Source of the DNA: Thermoanaerobaculia bacterium
GTDB lineage: Bacteria; Acidobacteriota; Thermoanaerobaculia; Multivoradales; Multivoraceae
Direction of reading: 5' to 3'
Length of the DNA stretch: 48,579 nt
NCBI GenBank assembly: GCA_028285365.1
Contig: JANQPS010001117.1
Location: 1-48,579, forward strand
Positions 21,231-29,480 of the stretch are shown piece after piece. The notes under the pieces were generated by a model. It worked only from the letters and a program-made list of their open reading frames with translations, did no database searches and was not told where the DNA came from. A program made the position numbers and the translations under genes. Each line of letters begins with the position of its first letter. Position 1 is the stretch's first letter.

Positions 21231-22328
21231 TCACAGGCGCATGGGCATGATCACGCAGAGGTAGCGAGCCTCCGGCCCGTCGACCGGGCTTCCGATGCAC
21301 TGGCTGTTCTCGTCCTTGACAGCCAGATTGACCTTTTCCGTCTCGACCGCGGAAAGGAAGTGGCCCAGGTAGTCGGGGTTGATACCCAACTCCAGGTCTT
21401 CACCCGTGAACTCACACTCCAGCTCTTCCACCGCCTCTCCGAGATCCGGATTGGCAGCCGAGAGCACCAGCTGGCCTTCCTGGAACAGGAGACGGATCGC
21501 GCGTGCGCGATCACCCGTCAGCAGAGCCACACGGTTGACGACCGCAGTCAGCTCCTTGCGATCGAAGACAGCGATGCGATCGTTGTCCTTGGAGATGACC
21601 TTCTCGTAGTCGGGAAACGATCCTTCGAGGATCCTGCAGATGAGCTCGCGCCGACCCACCTGGAACGACAGATGATGCTCTCCGCGGCTGAAGTTGACCG
21701 TTTCTCCACCTTCGAATCGAAGCAGCTCTTGCAGAGCCTTGCGCGGAACCAGGACGCCATCAGCCTCCTCGGTCCCGTCGAGAACGTTCTCGACCAGAGC
21801 CAGACGGTGGCCATCAGTGGCGACCATCTCGAGAGCGCCCCCCTTGCACTTGAGCAACGCTCCGTTGAGCTGAAAGCGAGACTCCTCCGCCGAAACCGCA
21901 AACAGCACCTTGCCGATCATCTGCTTGAAGTCCGCGTACGGCAGCTCGGCCCCATCCGACGTTTCCACCTCGGGGAGCGTGGGGAAGTCCTCGGCCGAGA
22001 GTCCGCGGATCTTGAATCGCGAGCGACCACCCTCGATGCGTAGCGCGTTGGCTTCGTCTCCGGTCAGTTCGATCTCGTCGACCACCATGGCTCGCACGAT
22101 TTCGAGAAACTTCCGAGCCTGAACCGCTACGGCACCCTCCTCAGACACCTCGGACTCGCACCACGAAGTCAGGGATACCTCGAGGTCGGTCGCGGCGATG
22201 TGGAGCTTGCCGCCCTTGGTGCGCAATAGCAGGTGAGACAGAACTGGAATCGTGCTCTTGCGCTCGACGACCCCTTGCATTGGGACGAGCTCAGTCAACA
22301 GCTCTGCCCGATCGATCCGAACCTTCAT
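21231..22328 (-). CDS. dnaN: DNA polymerase III beta sliding clamp
   Basis: Typical N-terminus MKVRIDRAELLTEL...PVLSHLLL, a length of 365 aa, C-terminus MPMRL, and a position downstream of dnaA. Confidence 0.95.
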   Translation of the reverse strand: MKVRIDRAELLTELVPMQGVVERKSTIPVLSHLLLRTKGGKLHIAATDLEVSLTSWCESEVSEEGAVAVQARKFLEIVRAMVVDEIELTGDEANALRIEGGRSRFKIRGLSAEDFPTLPEVETSDGAELPYADFKQMIGKVLFAVSAEESRFQLNGALLKCKGGALEMVATDGHRLALVENVLDGTEEADGVLVPRKALQELLRFEGGETVNFSRGEHHLSFQVGRRELICRILEGSFPDYEKVISKDNDRIAVFDRKELTAVVNRVALLTGDRARAIRLLFQEGQLVLSAANPDLGEAVEELECEFTGEDLELGINPDYLGHFLSAVETEKVNLAVKDENSQCIGSPVDGPEARYLCVIMPMRL

Positions 22329-22403
22329 CGCTTCTCTCTACCCCTATGAATGGGAGGCCAAGATAACACATAGTCGTCGTGGTAGTCGTTGGTTGTTGAC
22401 GGT

Positions 22404-22616
22404 GTGGAAAGCGCTCGAAAACACCGGAAAATGCTGGTCTTTGGAGGGTCCATGACGAATGGATGGAAGGGTCCAATAGTTTGTGGATCGGCTGTGGAAT
22501 GAGGGCGGAAACCCATGACCGCCGTCGGCGAACGCGCCGATCGGTCGAGTTATCCGCGGGTCTTCCACACCAACTTCTCGAGCTGGTCAACAGGGAAATG
22601 GACAGGCTTTCCACAG
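22404..22616. promoter_or_regulatory. cluster of six degenerate DnaA boxes in the dnaA-dnaN spacer (candidate oriC)
   Basis: Matches to TTATCCACA/TGTGGATAA are as follows. TGTGGAAAG at 22404-22412 (7/9). TGTGGATCG at 22483-22491 (7/9). TGTGGAATG at 22494-22502 (6/9). TTATCCGCG at 22551-22559 (7/9). TCTTCCACA at 22562-22570 (7/9). CTTTCCACA at 22608-22616 (7/9). All lie in a 579-bp non-coding spacer. Confidence 0.5.
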
Positions 22617-22907
22617 GCCTGCGTGAGGTGTTGCGAGCTTGCCTGTGTCTGTCTCCCTCTAGGCAGTGCTCTACAGAACTGGTCTCTGCGGCTCTCTCCT
22701 CGATGCATCATCGATGCTCCTCGATGTCGCGCTCCCTGGCTGAGACAGGTCGGGACTGAGACACGTAGGGACGCAGCGACCTCCGGGAACGGAGGGTCCC
22801 CGAGCAGGAGGATCTGGGTCGACTCGCGGCAGACCGGCAGGGGGCGCAAGCGAGGAAGAGTCCAGCCCGGAGACTCGAGTCCGAAGACCGGAGACCGGTG
22901 CTGGCAG

Positions 22908-24275
22908 TCAGCCGCCGAACTGTTCGGTGAACTGCTGAAGAACGCGATCCAGATCGGGGTCCTTCGGGCGCAGTTTTTCGATCTTGTCCACCGAATACAT
23001 GACGGTCGAGTGGTGCTTGTCGTTGAACTGCTTGCCGATCTCCGGGTAGGAGAGGTCGGTGAGACGCTTGCACAGGTACATGGCGACCTGGCGTGGGAAG
23101 GCGATCTGCTTCGAGTTGTTCTTGCTCTTGATCTCGGAGACCTTGAGACCGTAGTGCTGGGCAACTGACCGAATGATCTCGGTTGCCGTGGTCCGTCCAG
23201 TGGTTTCGGGAACGATGTCTCGTAGCGTCTCTTTTGCGAGCTCGAGATCGACGGGTCGTCCGGTGAGTGAGGCAAAGGCCAAAACACGGTTGAGGAGGCC
23301 CTCGAGCTCGCGCACGTTGGATTTGACCTGCTGCGCGATGAACATCCCGACGATCTGAGGAACGTGGACTCCAGCCAGGTCGGCCTTTCTCCGAAGGATC
23401 GCGACCTTGGTCTCGAGATCGGGCGACTGGATGTCCGCAATCAGGCCCCACTCGAAGCGGCTCCGAAGACGTTCTTCGAGCGTGGGGATGTTCTTCGGGG
23501 GAGAGTCGCTCGACAAGATGATCTGCTTTTGTCGGGCGTACAGGGAGTTGAAAGTGTGGAAGAACTCCTCCTGAGTCCTCTCCTTGCCGGCGAAGAACTG
23601 GACGTCGTCGACGAGCAGCGTGTCGATCGTTCGGTAGCGCTCTCGGAAGGCTGGCATCCGATCGAAGCGTATGGAGTTGATCAGCTCATTGACGAACTGC
23701 TCAGCCGACAGATAGAGAACCCGGTGACCTGGTTCGCGCTGAGTGATCTCCTGGGCGATGGCGTGCAGGAGATGGGTCTTTCCGAGACCAACCCCACCGT
23801 AGAGGAAAAGGGGGTTGTAGGTCTGTCCCGGGGATTCGGCAACCGCTCTGGCGGCGGCATAGGCAAACTGATTCGAGCTTCCCACCACGAACACGTCGAA
23901 GCGGTAGCGATCGTTGAACCGGCTGGCGCTCTGGCTACCGTGGTTCGAGGATGTGGTCTGTCGATCGGTGTTTTGTGAAGATTCGCGCGCAGAATGCACC
24001 GCCTCTTTGAAGGCTGAGTCTCGATGGCCATCGCGACTGCCGACCGCAAAGAGCACCTCGAAGCTCGCCCCGCGAAGGCCTGCAACTGCACGGTTTACCA
24101 GCGGTCGATAGGAGGCCTCGAGCGTGTCCAGAAACCGATCGTTGGGGGCTTCGAGTACCAGCCTGTCGTCTTGTTCCGACCTCACCCGAAGTGGTTGAAT
24201 CCAGGTCTTGAATTCGTCCGCAGAGAGCGACTTCTTCAGGTTCTCTTGGAGGCTAAGCCAAGTTGAATCAGACAT
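22908..24275 (-). CDS. dnaA: chromosomal replication initiator protein DnaA
   Basis: AAA+ Walker A LYGGVGLGKTHLL, Walker B LLVDDVQF, and the domain IV DNA-binding helix HSTVMYSVDKIE. 455 aa. Confidence 0.97.
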   Translation of the reverse strand: MSDSTWLSLQENLKKSLSADEFKTWIQPLRVRSEQDDRLVLEAPNDRFLDTLEASYRPLVNRAVAGLRGASFEVLFAVGSRDGHRDSAFKEAVHSARESSQNTDRQTTSSNHGSQSASRFNDRYRFDVFVVGSSNQFAYAAARAVAESPGQTYNPLFLYGGVGLGKTHLLHAIAQEITQREPGHRVLYLSAEQFVNELINSIRFDRMPAFRERYRTIDTLLVDDVQFFAGKERTQEEFFHTFNSLYARQKQIILSSDSPPKNIPTLEERLRSRFEWGLIADIQSPDLETKVAILRRKADLAGVHVPQIVGMFIAQQVKSNVRELEGLLNRVLAFASLTGRPVDLELAKETLRDIVPETTGRTTATEIIRSVAQHYGLKVSEIKSKNNSKQIAFPRQVAMYLCKRLTDLSYPEIGKQFNDKHHSTVMYSVDKIEKLRPKDPDLDRVLQQFTEQFGG

Positions 24276-24298
24276 TTAGACGCACTAGTCCCGCGAAG

Positions 24299-24325
24299 AT
24301 ATCCGCAAGCTTTTCCACAGCTTGC
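24299..24325. promoter_or_regulatory. two DnaA-box-like sites just upstream of dnaA, one inside a 7-bp-stem inverted repeat
   Basis: ATATCCGCA at 24299-24307 (7/9) and TTTTCCACA at 24311-24319 (8/9). The latter forms the loop and 3' flank of GCAAGCT-tttccac-AGCTTGC (24305-24325). Confidence 0.45.
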
Positions 24326-24452
24326 GGAAAACGATACGACTGAATTGTTGGAGGATCTTGGCCGCGTGGCGAAGACAGGCAGGATAGCAACCGCCATGAA
24401 CTCGAAGCAAGGGTGAGAGCGTCGAAATTCGAGCGGATCGCGGGTGCCCGCA

Positions 24453-24510
24453 TGCTAAAGAGCTAAATACGAATAAGTTACGGTCCAAAAAAAAATGGCA
24501 CCAATAATCG
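24453..24510. other. AT-rich tract with an A9 run (candidate DNA-unwinding element and/or divergent dnaA/mutY promoter region)
   Basis: The sequence tgctaaagagctaaatacgaataagttacggtccaaaaaaaaatggcaccaataatcg is, by eye, the most AT-rich stretch in an otherwise GC-rich window. The A9 run is at 24487-24495. Confidence 0.35.
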
Positions 24511-24523
24511 TCGCATCTCGACG

Positions 24524-25708
24524 TTGGTCGTGAGGATGAAGATCAAGAGCAGTCTTTCGGGCTCTCATGACCCCAACGTTGCCACGGCTCGTCGACCGCT
24601 CGGTCCCTTCGGAAGGGCCCTGCTCGACTGGTTCGATCGGGTCGCACGTGATCTGCCGTGGCGCTCCAATCGAGACCCTTATCGCGTGCTCGTCTCGGAG
24701 ATCATGCTGCAACAGACCTCCGTCACTGTGGTCCTTCGCTACTACAAGCGATTTCTCGAGCGATTCCCGACATTGGCTTCCCTCGCGAGAGCGAGCGAAG
24801 AGGAAGTGAGAGCCGCATGGTCAGGACTCGGGTACTACAGTCGTGCGAAGCGACTACATCAAGCCTGTCGACGAGTCGTCGAGCGGGCGGGTGAGGATCG
24901 GCCGACGCTCCCCACGACGTCGCAAGAGCTGGAAGAGCTGCCGGGGATCGGGAGCTATACCGCAGCGGCGGTTGCCAGTATCGCCTTCGGCGAAGTCGTT
25001 CCCGTGCTCGACGGCAACGTCGAACGTGTGCTCACCCGCCTTGCCGCGATCGAGGACAATCCCAAGAGGGCGGCGGTGCGCAGAAGGCTGCTGGATCTAG
25101 CGCGGGAGCTCATCAGTCCTGCTCGACCTGGTGACAGCAATCAGGCGCTGATGGAGCTTGGCGCGACGGTCTGCCGTCCGCGCTCGCCGCGTTGTGATCA
25201 CTGTCCTCTCGAGCCGGCTTGTCGAGCTCGACAGCTGGGAATCGCGGAGACGATTCCGAAAGCGCCGAAGTCTCGTGCCGCGGAGTCGGTCTACTGGGCT
25301 CAGGTCTTCGTGCTTCAGGGTTCGGACCTGCTCCTCGAGCGTCGGTCGAGCGAAGCGCCTTTCTTGGCAGGATCGTGGCAGCTGCCCACTGTGGAAGTCG
25401 AAGCCTCTCTCGCCGAGACGATTCAACGAGGAGAATCTCCACGAGTCGCCTTGTCGGGTATCGAAGCGGCTTGCCAGCAGCACCTGGGGATCGTCGTGGC
25501 CATGCGAAGTCATCTCGGTACCGTGCGCCATAGCGTGACCCACCGTCGTCTGCGAGTGGATGTACTCGAAGCGGAGCTGCGCGAGCCGGTCCGAGGACAC
25601 CAACGGCTCGCGTTTCACGAGCTCGGCACATTGTCGACTCTCGGGACGGGAACGCTGTTGCCGAAGGCACTCGAGCTGTGCGGTGTCAGAGCCCCCTTCG
25701 ATCGATGA
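24524..25708 (+). CDS. mutY: A/G-specific adenine DNA glycosylase
   Basis: HhH-GPD N-terminus LLDWFDRVARDLPWR..DPYRVLVSEIMLQQT, GLGYYSRA, and a 4Fe-4S cluster loop CRPRSPRCDHCPLEPAC, followed by a NUDIX-like C-terminal domain. The start is either TTG 24524 or ATG 24536. Confidence 0.9.
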   Translation: MVVRMKIKSSLSGSHDPNVATARRPLGPFGRALLDWFDRVARDLPWRSNRDPYRVLVSEIMLQQTSVTVVLRYYKRFLERFPTLASLARASEEEVRAAWSGLGYYSRAKRLHQACRRVVERAGEDRPTLPTTSQELEELPGIGSYTAAAVASIAFGEVVPVLDGNVERVLTRLAAIEDNPKRAAVRRRLLDLARELISPARPGDSNQALMELGATVCRPRSPRCDHCPLEPACRARQLGIAETIPKAPKSRAAESVYWAQVFVLQGSDLLLERRSSEAPFLAGSWQLPTVEVEASLAETIQRGESPRVALSGIEAACQQHLGIVVAMRSHLGTVRHSVTHRRLRVDVLEAELREPVRGHQRLAFHELGTLSTLGTGTLLPKALELCGVRAPFDR

Positions 25709-25720
25709 CTGGAGCCTCGA

Positions 25721-25741
25721 GAGACCAGGACCTCCGGTCTC
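25721..25741 (+). terminator. weak hairpin downstream of mutY
   Basis: GAGACC-aggacctcc-GGTCTC lies 13 nt after the mutY stop. There is no clear U-tract, so this is tentative. Confidence 0.2.
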
Positions 25742-25781
25742 CTTGAACCGCCCTCAGGTGCTGCAGGCGCTGGCTTCGGAT

Positions 25782-26750
25782 CTAGAGCGAGGAGGAGTGG
25801 TCACCACCGGAAAGGATGTACCAGCCGATGATCTTCTCGTGGGTCTCTCGGACTCTCGAAGCCATCAAGCGACACAGGTTCTTGAGGAGGCGAATGGATG
25901 AGGCCTTCTCGATGTTGAGCACCTTGCTCAAGACTTCCTTGCGGATGGCCAGCAAGATCGCCCCTTCGGATGCCGCACGCGCATCGGTAGACCGTGGTCG
26001 GTCCTCGAGCAACGCCATTTCGCCGAAGAGTTGGCCTCGATCGAGGAACGCGAGAGCTTCTTCGCCAGCTCCCGGGATCTGCTTGCTGATCATGATGCGC
26101 CCGTCGGCCACGACGTAGAGGACGGTGCCGGGGTCACCTTCGCGAAACAGGGGCTGATTGGGCTCGAGCTGTTGGGCCTCCGCGAGCGAAGCGAGATAGT
26201 TGATCTCCATACTGGACAACCCGAGCTCGCGGAAGATCGCGCGCCGCGACTCGATGTCGAGATCGACCTCCTTCAGCGGACCGGGCGCCGGTTGTGCCTG
26301 GGGTGCCGGCTCGTCGCCGAAGAATCGGGTGAGTCGGTCGTTGGTCTGCCGCAGGCGGTAGGCGAGCGTGCGCCAGAAGGCCCAGTACATGGCTACCTCG
26401 AAGATGGGGTCGCCAGCCATCTCGCGCTCGAGCTCCCACGGTTTGATCATGAGAAGACGACTGCGAGTGGTCGAGACGAGGTCGAGAGCCGAAGGTTGGC
26501 CGTCGAGGAATCCCAGTTCACCGCACAACTCACCCTGCTGCATCTGGCTGACCGCAAAGTCGCCGTAGGACGTCGGGCGATGCAGCTCCAGGCGTCCGTC
26601 CTGGATGAGGTAGCAGTCACGACTCGTCGTGCCATGCTTCTGAAGCACGGTGTCCTTGGGACAGATACGGCTCCTCCCGAGGCTAGAGAACTTGCTGAGC
26701 TGCTTCGCCGAGAAGTGCGAACCGGCGGCGAAGAGAATCTGCTCGTCCAT
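25782..26750 (-). CDS. tandem cyclic-nucleotide-binding domain protein (no recognisable output domain)
   Basis: Two CAP_ED-type cassettes, with signatures GELCGELGFLDGQPSALD and FGEMALLEDRPRSTDARA. No HTH or enzymatic domain is evident in the 322 aa. Confidence 0.85.
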   Translation of the reverse strand: MDEQILFAAGSHFSAKQLSKFSSLGRSRICPKDTVLQKHGTTSRDCYLIQDGRLELHRPTSYGDFAVSQMQQGELCGELGFLDGQPSALDLVSTTRSRLLMIKPWELEREMAGDPIFEVAMYWAFWRTLAYRLRQTNDRLTRFFGDEPAPQAQPAPGPLKEVDLDIESRRAIFRELGLSSMEINYLASLAEAQQLEPNQPLFREGDPGTVLYVVADGRIMISKQIPGAGEEALAFLDRGQLFGEMALLEDRPRSTDARAASEGAILLAIRKEVLSKVLNIEKASSIRLLKNLCRLMASRVRETHEKIIGWYILSGGDHSSSL

Positions 26751-26939
26751 AAGGGCGTGACTCTAGCAACGTACGGGCTTCCAGGAGCCTAGGTCCCAGC
26801 TGACCTCCTGGTACTCGGTTTATGGCGACCGCCGCTCGTCGTCATGGCGTAGTGAAGGGCCGGAGGCTGAGCCTTCTCCGAATTCGAGTAGAGCGTGTCG
26901 GCACGTTGGAGACTCATCCGATACCGTCAGCGGAGTGGG

Positions 26940-29480
26940 ATGCATCCTCGCAAGAGCGAGAAACGGCAAGGAGAGAACGAGGGAGAGAATGTGAGCTCGT
27001 GGCGTCACCTGGTTGACCACGTACGACGCGAAGGTGCCACCAAGACCTTCGAGCACATCCTCACCTTGCGACGCGAGAACCGAGAGCTCGATCGAGATCG
27101 ACTCCGGCTCGAGGCGATGCCCACGGAGGCGGTGGAGATGACGTCCGCGCGACCGGGTGTCGACATTCTCATCCCGGTCTTCGGTGCCGCTCGAGACGTC
27201 GAGCGCTGCCTGAGGAGTGTCGAGCAGAGCTGCCAATTCGACCGAGATCGCATCATCATCGTCGATGATGCGTCGCACGATGCCGAGATCGATCGTCTCT
27301 TGGCCAGTGTGCTGGACCGGTTCGGCGATCGGGTCGAGATCCTGACGAACTCTCGTAACCGTGGCTTTGCGAGCTCGGTCAACCGAGGTCTCGAGCGCGT
27401 GCGAGGAGACGTCGTCCTCCTCAACAGTGACACGGTTGTCACCAGCGGTTGGCTGGAGGGTCTCCATCGCGTTGCGACCAGCGCCAGCGATGTGGCGTCG
27501 GTGACGCCGTTGAGCAACAACGCGACCGTCGCTTCAGTTCCGGTTCCGTGGCAATCGAACGAGCTGCCGTCCGGGTTTGATCCTGAGTCTTTTGGTGAAC
27601 TGATCCGCCGTCTCAGTCTTCGCTTGGCGCCTCGGACTCCGACCATGGTCGGATTCTGCTGTTGGATTCGTGGCGAAGCCCTCGACCGCGTAGGTGGCTT
27701 CGACGTCGAGGCGTTCGGCGCGGGGTACGGAGAGGAGAACGAGTGGTCGATGAGGGCCGAGGAGGCCGGCTACCGGCATCTCATCGACGACGCAACGTTC
27801 GTCTATCACTCCGGTGCCGCAAGTTTCGGAGATCGGGCGAGCGAGCTGCGTCGCCAAGCAAGTTCGAAGCTCGAGACAAGACATCCGGAGTATCGGAGAC
27901 GAGTTGCTGAGATGATGAATCAGCATCCGCTGGCCGAATTCCATGCTCTCTTGCAGTGGTGGCTCGAGGATCAAGGAGCACCGACGTCGGACGTCTCGGG
28001 CTCCGGCACGCCTGCCCGCATCGGTCTGCTCACCGGAAGGCCTCCCCATCGGCGGTACGGCGGCGTGGAGTGCCACGTTCGTGACCTCGAGTCTGCTCTC
28101 GCCGCTCGCGGTGTCGCCACGCACCTCATTTACGCGGAACCGAGACCTGGAGTCGCACAGACACCCGGACGGCCGAAGTCTTCGAGATTCAGCGTCTGCT
28201 GCGCTCAGCGGACGAGAAACGGTCTGAGGACCTTGGAGTTGGCGGGCTGCGCGAAGACGATGGAGGATCTCGGTGCTAGTGAGCGCAAAGTCGTCCGCGG
28301 TGCATCGACGCGAGATGAAGCTGCACTCTCGCATCACGCCTTCACAGAAAGAGACGAAAGTCTCGACGCACGACTCCGCTACCTGATCCGAGCCTTCGAT
28401 CTGGATGTCTTGCACATCCAGCATCTCACCGAGGTCTGGCCAGCGGCGGCGTTGACGGACCTGAGCGTCGCGACGATGCTCTCACTGCACGACTTTTCGA
28501 TGTTCTGTGAGCGGAGCGACCTCCTGGAGTTTCCCGTGGGCCGCTTTTGTGGCTTTTGCAGAGACGAGGCACGTTGCGAGCGATGCCTTGGGCATGGTGG
28601 GCACCGGGGGCCGAGACGCACAAGCTTTCAGGATCGTCGTCGCGGTGATTCCGGTACCTTGCTCCGCACTGCCGATGCCGTGGTTGCGCCGAGTCGCTAT
28701 CTGGCCGAGCGGATGGGCGAGCTGTTTGCGGAGCTCGAGGGCCGAGACATCGAGGTCGTCCCTCACGGTGTCGGTCGAACACGTCTCACGCGATCCAAGA
28801 CTCGGCGCACGGATGACCTACGCTCGGAGCGCGCCAGTTCGGGGGAGTTCCACGTAGCTTTTGTCGGTGCGTTCCGGGTTGCCAAAGGTGCCAGGGTCTT
28901 CGTGGATCTGGTCGAGCAGTTGGGCACAGATTCGTCTCGTCGGAGCTGGCGTTGGTCCGTGTTGGGCCGGCTCGAAGACGAAGAATCGACTCGCGAGTTG
29001 CGTCGTGTGAGTCGCCGCCGTGGAGTCAGTTTGGCGCTCCACGGAAGTTACGCGACCGGAATGCTGCCGGACCTCCTGATCTCACGCGAGGTGGACCTCG
29101 CGCTCTTGCTCTCGACGTGTCCGGAGACCTTCAGCTACACCTTGAGCGAATGCCTGCAAGCAGCGGTCCCGGTGCTCGCTTTTGATCACGGCGCTATTGG
29201 TGAGAGGTTGCGGGATGTTGGAGCCGAAGAGCTCCTGATTCCCTTGGAGGAGGGCGTTGATGGTCTCGCTGCCCGTCTCGTCGGGATCGCCGAAGGAAGA
29301 CTCGAGTTGCCGAAGGCCGAAAGCCTGGAGCAAGCAGAGTCTCCAGACATCGACGACGTGGCGCCCCACTATCTCGCGCTCTACAGCGATATCGCTACGC
29401 GCCACTCGCGGATCGGCGCGGAACAGGCCAGCGAGCACGCGTCCTCGACTCGACGGGGAGTCGACAGGGGTGGCACGTGA
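26940..29480 (+). CDS. bifunctional glycosyltransferase (N-terminal GT2, C-terminal GT4-like)
   Basis: GT2 signature DILIPVFGAARDVERCL...IIIVDDASHD...LNSDT. The C-terminal half is a GT-B-like fold (FHVAFVGAFRVAKG...). The start is uncertain. ATG 26940 has GGAG at -8, and the ORF track allows GTG 26895. Confidence 0.8.
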   Translation: MHPRKSEKRQGENEGENVSSWRHLVDHVRREGATKTFEHILTLRRENRELDRDRLRLEAMPTEAVEMTSARPGVDILIPVFGAARDVERCLRSVEQSCQFDRDRIIIVDDASHDAEIDRLLASVLDRFGDRVEILTNSRNRGFASSVNRGLERVRGDVVLLNSDTVVTSGWLEGLHRVATSASDVASVTPLSNNATVASVPVPWQSNELPSGFDPESFGELIRRLSLRLAPRTPTMVGFCCWIRGEALDRVGGFDVEAFGAGYGEENEWSMRAEEAGYRHLIDDATFVYHSGAASFGDRASELRRQASSKLETRHPEYRRRVAEMMNQHPLAEFHALLQWWLEDQGAPTSDVSGSGTPARIGLLTGRPPHRRYGGVECHVRDLESALAARGVATHLIYAEPRPGVAQTPGRPKSSRFSVCCAQRTRNGLRTLELAGCAKTMEDLGASERKVVRGASTRDEAALSHHAFTERDESLDARLRYLIRAFDLDVLHIQHLTEVWPAAALTDLSVATMLSLHDFSMFCERSDLLEFPVGRFCGFCRDEARCERCLGHGGHRGPRRTSFQDRRRGDSGTLLRTADAVVAPSRYLAERMGELFAELEGRDIEVVPHGVGRTRLTRSKTRRTDDLRSERASSGEFHVAFVGAFRVAKGARVFVDLVEQLGTDSSRRSWRWSVLGRLEDEESTRELRRVSRRRGVSLALHGSYATGMLPDLLISREVDLALLLSTCPETFSYTLSECLQAAVPVLAFDHGAIGERLRDVGAEELLIPLEEGVDGLAARLVGIAEGRLELPKAESLEQAESPDIDDVAPHYLALYSDIATRHSRIGAEQASEHASSTRRGVDRGGT

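Noticed and set aside
20568-22043. 491-aa plus-strand ORF across recF and dnaN
   Set aside because: It is antisense to recF, the recF-dnaN spacer and dnaN. The product is low-complexity and Arg-rich, so this is a shadow frame.
22781-22796. Hairpin CCTCCG-ggaa-CGGAGG about 110 nt downstream of dnaA, considered as a dnaA terminator
   Set aside because: There is no U-tract on either strand and the stem is short. It could be incidental within the origin-like spacer.
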